64,000 bases of DNA from an uncultured Flavobacterium sp. (lineage in GTDB: Bacteria > Bacteroidota > Bacteroidia > Flavobacteriales > Flavobacteriaceae): contig CAUPCW010000003.1 of NCBI GenBank assembly GCA_963509895.1, positions 31,575-95,574 of the forward strand, written 5' to 3'. The position numbers and the translations under genes were made by a program. Shown here in pieces: positions 59,704 to 64,000 of this stretch. The notes below the pieces were generated by a model, which ran no database searches, had not been told where the DNA came from, and saw only the letters and a list, made by a program, of their open reading frames with translations. Each line of letters opens with the position of its first letter. Position 1 is the stretch's first letter.

Positions 59704-60546
59704 ATGAGGAAAGTCACAAAAACCTATTCCAATCGTCGTTCGAATAAAAAAAATAAAGGAGTAATCACCTCCCTAAAAAAATATGTATGGGCGGTAGTAC
59801 TACTGCTTTTTTTGGGATGTATTGGCTATCATTATCGTACGGCCCTTGCTTATTACTTGGGTTTTAAATCCGATAAAATAAGTAAGATGGATGTTTTTTC
59901 GGAAGCCAGAAATTTACGAGTACTCGAAAAACATGAGGGAATGACCGTTGGGATTGATGTTTCTGAGTACCAAGGAAAAATTAGCTGGTCTTATGTAGAT
60001 ACGATTGAGAAGAAATATCCTTTGCATTTTGTCTTTATCAGAGCAACTGCGGGCAATAATGTGGTTGACAGACGATTCAAACGCAATTGGGAAGGAGCCA
60101 AAAAGAATAAAATGATTCGTGGCGCTTATCATTATTATCGCCCTAATGAGAATTCTTTGGAACAAGCCGAGTTATTTATTAAAACAGTTCGATTGAAAAC
60201 CGGAGATTTGCCGCCGGTGTTGGATATTGAAAAATTACCCAAAAATCAATCGATGACCAATCTCAAGAAAGGACTTCGAAGATGGTTGCAAGCCATTGAA
60301 AATCATTATAAGGTGAAACCCATTATCTACACTGGGGAGAGATATTATGATGATTTTTTAAAAGAAGAATTCAGCGATTATCTCTTTTGGATTGCCAATT
60401 ATAATTTTTATAGGGAAGAAATTCAGGACGGTTGGCTGTTCTGGCAATTTACAGAAAGAGCTATCGTTCCGGGAATTAAAGAAAATGTCGACGTTAATAT
60501 CTATAATGGTGACTTACAACAATTGCAGTTTATTACAGTTGAGTAG
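59704..60546 (+). CDS. Glycoside hydrolase family 25 (lysozyme-like), membrane-anchored
   Basis: GIDVSEYQG, RATAG, GAYHYY, PVLDIE, FWQFT, VDVN. Confidence 0.92.
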   Translation: MRKVTKTYSNRRSNKKNKGVITSLKKYVWAVVLLLFLGCIGYHYRTALAYYLGFKSDKISKMDVFSEARNLRVLEKHEGMTVGIDVSEYQGKISWSYVDTIEKKYPLHFVFIRATAGNNVVDRRFKRNWEGAKKNKMIRGAYHYYRPNENSLEQAELFIKTVRLKTGDLPPVLDIEKLPKNQSMTNLKKGLRRWLQAIENHYKVKPIIYTGERYYDDFLKEEFSDYLFWIANYNFYREEIQDGWLFWQFTERAIVPGIKENVDVNIYNGDLQQLQFITVE

Positions 60547-60600
60547 AGGATTAATGAGTAAAGTTGTTACTAGTAATTTAATTCTTTTATTTGATTCGAC

Positions 60601-61353
60601 CTATTTTGGCGCATTGAAATCAATCTTGGTTTTTCTTAATTCAAAATTTTGACCCAAGTATACTCTTCTAACCATTTCATCTTCTACCAGTTCTTCTGGA
60701 GTTCCTGCTTTTAAGATACCTCCTTCAAACATCAAATAGGTTTTGTCGGTAATGGCTAAAGTCTCTTGTACGTTATGATCGGTAATCAAGATACCAATGT
60801 TTTTGTTTTTTAATTGTGCTACAATACGTTGAATGTCTTCTACTGCAACAGGGTCAACACCCGCAAAAGGTTCATCTAATAAGATGAATTTTGGGTCGGT
60901 AGCTAAACAACGTGCGATTTCGGTTCTTCTTCGTTCGCCTCCTGATAGTAAATCACCTCGATTAGTTCGGATGTGTTCTAAACTAAATTCGGCAATTAGG
61001 TTTTCCATTTTTGCAATTTGTTCTTCTTTGGTATAATTGGTCAATTGTAAGACACTCAGTATATTATCTTCGATACTCAATTTTCTAAAAACAGAAGCCT
61101 CTTGTGCCAAATAACCTACGCCTTGTTGCGCACGTTTGTACATCGGATATTCAGTAATATCTAAGTTGTCTAAGTAGATATGACCAGAGTTTGGTTTTAC
61201 CAATCCTACAATCATATAAAAAGAGGTGGTTTTACCTGCGCCGTTTGGTCCCAGAAGACCAACAATTTGTCCTTGGTTTACTTCCAAAGAAATACCCTTT
61301 ACAACACTACGTCCTTTATACGTTTTTATGAGGTTTTCTGCTCTTAATTTCAT
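60601..61353 (-). CDS. lptB: LPS export ABC transporter ATP-binding protein
   Basis: GPNGAGKTT, YLAQEASVF, LSGGERRR, LDEPFAGVDP, ITDHNVQETL. Confidence 0.97.
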   Translation of the reverse strand: MKLRAENLIKTYKGRSVVKGISLEVNQGQIVGLLGPNGAGKTTSFYMIVGLVKPNSGHIYLDNLDITEYPMYKRAQQGVGYLAQEASVFRKLSIEDNILSVLQLTNYTKEEQIAKMENLIAEFSLEHIRTNRGDLLSGGERRRTEIARCLATDPKFILLDEPFAGVDPVAVEDIQRIVAQLKNKNIGILITDHNVQETLAITDKTYLMFEGGILKAGTPEELVEDEMVRRVYLGQNFELRKTKIDFNAPK

Positions 61354-61461
61354 GGTGTTTGAATTGCTAAGATCTTGATTTTTATTGATTAATAAGTGGA
61401 AAAGGTTACGTCATGGAAAAACTTAGTTGCTAAGCAACTTAGAAAATCAATAACTTCAAGT

Positions 61462-61809
61462 CTAGTGTTGCTCTTCCAACGCTTCCCAAAATTCGTAGGC
61501 TCTACGTAAATGAGGTACTACTATTGTTCCTCCTACCAAAGTAGCGATTCCCATAGCTTCCATCATTTCTTCACGTGTCACTCCTTCTTTATAGCTGGTT
61601 TCTAAATGGTATTTTACACAGTCGTCACATCGTAAAACCGCTGAGGCAACTAAGCCTAATAGCTCTTTGGTTTTTACATCCAAAGCACCAGCAGCATAGG
61701 CATTAGTGTCTAAATTGAAGATGCGTTTTACAATTTTATTATTATCTGCTAATAATTTTTCGTTCATTTTTGAACGGTAGTCGTTGAATTCTTGAATTAT
61801 ATCAGCCAT
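61462..61809 (-). CDS. Carboxymuconolactone decarboxylase (CMD/AhpD) family protein
   Basis: LDVKTKELLGL, RCDDCVKYH, GGTIVVP; in-frame ATG at 61809. Confidence 0.88.
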   Translation of the reverse strand: MADIIQEFNDYRSKMNEKLLADNNKIVKRIFNLDTNAYAAGALDVKTKELLGLVASAVLRCDDCVKYHLETSYKEGVTREEMMEAMGIATLVGGTIVVPHLRRAYEFWEALEEQH

Positions 61810-62617
61810 TTTGTTTCTTTTGGTTGCGAACAACAAGTTTTGAAATTAATATACTTACTTCATAAATCAATAGCATCGGTATAGCTACGATAGTTTGACT
61901 TACTACATCTGGAGGGGTAACAATGGCAGCAACAATCAAAATAATGATTACGGCATACTTCCAGTATTTTCTTAAAAATTCGGGGGTAACTAAGCCTAGT
62001 TTGGTCAAGAAATAAATTACGATAGGTAATTCGAAAAATAAACCACCTGCTAAAACAGAAGTTTTCACTAGACCTATATATGATTCCAGTGTAAATTGGT
62101 TTTTAACGACATCGGATACCGTAAAGGTAGCCACAAAGTTGACCGACATTGGGATAATTACAAAATAACCAAAAAGGACACCCAAAAAGAAAAGTACCGA
62201 AGAAACTCCTATAAAGAACTTGGCTCCTTTTTTTTCTTTGTCATATAAAGCAGGACTAATGAATTTCCATACTTCAAACAAAATATATGGAAAACTCAAG
62301 ATAAAGCCCGCTAATAAACACATCCAGACGAACATATTCACTTGTCCTTCCATTTGGGTATTTTGAATGATAAAAGGAAGTTCTGTAATGCAAATGCTAT
62401 CAACAAAGCCTAATTGATGTGATAGTTCGCAAAAAAAACGATAAGTGAAAAAAGTGGGCCGTGTTGGTCCAAAAATAATATCGTTGAACAAGAAATCACT
62501 GATAAAATAGGTCACAAAAGCCATAATCAATATAGCAGTTGTACTTCTTACTAAAACCCATCTTAATTCTTCAAGATGGTCTAAGAACGACATTTCGTTT
62601 AGGTTTTTCTTCGCCAT
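61802..62617 (-). CDS. tatC: Twin-arginine translocase subunit TatC
   Basis: MSFLDHLEELR, WKFISPALY, FELP, AAIVTPPD, LIYEVSI. Confidence 0.96.
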   Translation of the reverse strand: MAKKNLNEMSFLDHLEELRWVLVRSTTAILIMAFVTYFISDFLFNDIIFGPTRPTFFTYRFFCELSHQLGFVDSICITELPFIIQNTQMEGQVNMFVWMCLLAGFILSFPYILFEVWKFISPALYDKEKKGAKFFIGVSSVLFFLGVLFGYFVIIPMSVNFVATFTVSDVVKNQFTLESYIGLVKTSVLAGGLFFELPIVIYFLTKLGLVTPEFLRKYWKYAVIIILIVAAIVTPPDVVSQTIVAIPMLLIYEVSILISKLVVRNQKKQNG

Positions 62618-63582
62618 TATACAATTCCTTCTTTTAAAATGTCATGTAAATGCAAAACCCCTTTGTAACTCCCGTTGTCAATTACAATTAATTGAGTAAT
62701 AGAGAAATCTTCCATTAAGTTGAAGGCATCAATGGCCATGGCTTCTGAATGGATTTGTTTTGGATTTTTAGTCATAATATCTTTTGCAGTTAAATCCGCT
62801 ATGCTGTCTCGATCGTTTAGCATTCTTCTAATGTCCCCATCGGTAATAATACCTATCACTTTCTCGTTATCTACAACAGCGGTTACTCCTAATCTTTTTT
62901 CTGAAATTTCAAAAATCGCTTTTTTGATAGAGGTTTCTGGAGTTACCATCGGTTTAAGGGAATGTTCAATTAAGTCTTTTACTTTTAACAAAAGTTTTTT
63001 TCCAAGGGCACCACCAGGATGGTATTTGGCAAAATCTTCGGCTTGAAACCCTCTCATTTCCATCAAGCAAACCGTAAGAGCATCTCCCATTACTAATTGT
63101 GCCGTGGTACTATTGGTTGGAGCCAAATTCATAGGACAAGATTCCGCATCAACAGTAGTGTTCAGTACAAAATGAGAGCCTTTCGCTAAAAACGAACTCA
63201 TGTTACCGGTCATACCAATTAAGGTATTTCCGAAACGTTTTAACAATGGGACTAACACCTTGATTTCTGGACTGTTTCCACTTTTAGAAATACAAATAAT
63301 GACATCTTCATCTTGTATCATTCCTAAGTCCCCATGAATCGCTTCTGAGGCATGCAAAAACAGCGATGGAGTGCCAGTAGAATTAAGAGAGGCTACAATT
63401 TTTTGAGCAATAATAGCACTTTTCCCAATACCAGTAATGACTACACGACCTTTGGATTGGTATATTTTTTGAACGGTTGATAGGAACTGATCATCCAAAA
63501 AAGTGGTCAATTTGGCAATAGATTCACTTTCAGAAAGTATTGTTTTTTTGGCCAAAGCCAACAGGTTTTCGTTGCTTATCAA
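62617..63582 (-). CDS. kdsD: KpsF/GutQ arabinose-5-phosphate isomerase (SIS + CBS)
   Basis: GIGKSA, EAIHGDLG, APTNST, YHPGGALG, ITDGDIRR. Confidence 0.9.
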   Translation of the reverse strand: MISNENLLALAKKTILSESESIAKLTTFLDDQFLSTVQKIYQSKGRVVITGIGKSAIIAQKIVASLNSTGTPSLFLHASEAIHGDLGMIQDEDVIICISKSGNSPEIKVLVPLLKRFGNTLIGMTGNMSSFLAKGSHFVLNTTVDAESCPMNLAPTNSTTAQLVMGDALTVCLMEMRGFQAEDFAKYHPGGALGKKLLLKVKDLIEHSLKPMVTPETSIKKAIFEISEKRLGVTAVVDNEKVIGIITDGDIRRMLNDRDSIADLTAKDIMTKNPKQIHSEAMAIDAFNLMEDFSITQLIVIDNGSYKGVLHLHDILKEGIV

Positions 63583-63665
63583 AACAGAATGTTTAAATTT
63601 GTATGTATAAAAGATTTTTGTATCTTTAGTGATGCAAATTTATACAAAATACCACATAATAAAGA

Positions 63666-64000
63666 ATGAATTCAAACGAAATTGATATACACAAAGAATT
63701 AAAAAAGTATTTTGGCTTCAGTCAATTCAAAGGATTGCAAGAGCAAGTCATAAAAAGTCTCCTAAATAACGAGAATACTTTTGTAATTATGCCAACCGGT
63801 GGAGGTAAATCGCTTTGTTACCAATTACCTGCTTTAATTCTAAACGGAACAGCAATTGTAGTTTCCCCATTAATTGCTTTGATGAAAAATCAAGTGGATG
63901 CCATAAGAAGTTTATCCTCGGATAATGGCGTGGCGCATGTGTTAAATTCTTCATTGACAAAAACTGAGATTACTCAAGTTAAAAAAGACATTACTTCAGG
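63666..64000 (+). CDS. recQ: ATP-dependent DNA helicase RecQ, 5' part; truncated by window edge
   Basis: Manual translation MNSNEIDIHKELKKYFGFSQFKGLQEQVI...IMPTGGGKSLCYQLPAL...VSPLIALMKNQVD. Confidence 0.95.
   Translation, partial: MNSNEIDIHKELKKYFGFSQFKGLQEQVIKSLLNNENTFVIMPTGGGKSLCYQLPALILNGTAIVVSPLIALMKNQVDAIRSLSSDNGVAHVLNSSLTKTEITQVKKDITS

Noticed and set aside
2090-63046. Numerous 60-125-aa ORFs antisense to or nested in well-supported genes
   Set aside because: They overlap confidently assigned CDSs and lack recognisable motifs or start context
1-64000. rRNA, tRNA, intact IS transposase, prophage
   Set aside because: No recognisable sequence or structural signatures seen; cannot be fully excluded without tRNAscan/Infernal

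Overview
AT-rich Bacteroidota DNA, most likely Flavobacterium-like (inferred from gene set and TAnnTTTG promoter-like motifs). About 56 kb is surface-glycan biosynthesis. (i) 1-22.6 kb: the tail of a glycosyltransferase cluster, then GDP-fucose (gmd, fcl, manC), a WecA/MraY-like initiator, dTDP-rhamnose genes (rfbC, rfbD, rfbA) and a CapD-like dehydratase. (ii) 22.9-55.9 kb: a Wzm/Wzt ABC-exporter locus with glf, about 14 glycosyltransferases, neuABC, several O-acyl/methyl-transferases, an O-antigen ligase/polymerase-like gene and a priming sugar transferase. Housekeeping genes follow (Lnb-like, PorV-like, pssA-like, GH25, lptB, CMD, tatC, KpsF/GutQ, start of recQ). The unusual part is the 3.4-20.6 kb segment. 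There, single accessory genes are interleaved between nucleotide-sugar genes: a RibD-like deaminase-HATPase_c_4-wHTH fusion, a frameshifted GIY-YIG, BRO-N, an AAA-DUF4143 ATPase, GxxExxY and two decayed genes. The junctions between genes are filled with ordered, strand-polarised repeat modules: heptamer/octamer tracts, CGTC/TGTC palindromes, a TTAACCGCAAAG motif, a 96-bp tandem array and a small MITE-like element. No rRNA, tRNA, cas gene or intact transposase was recognised. All assignments come from motif reading, not database searches.
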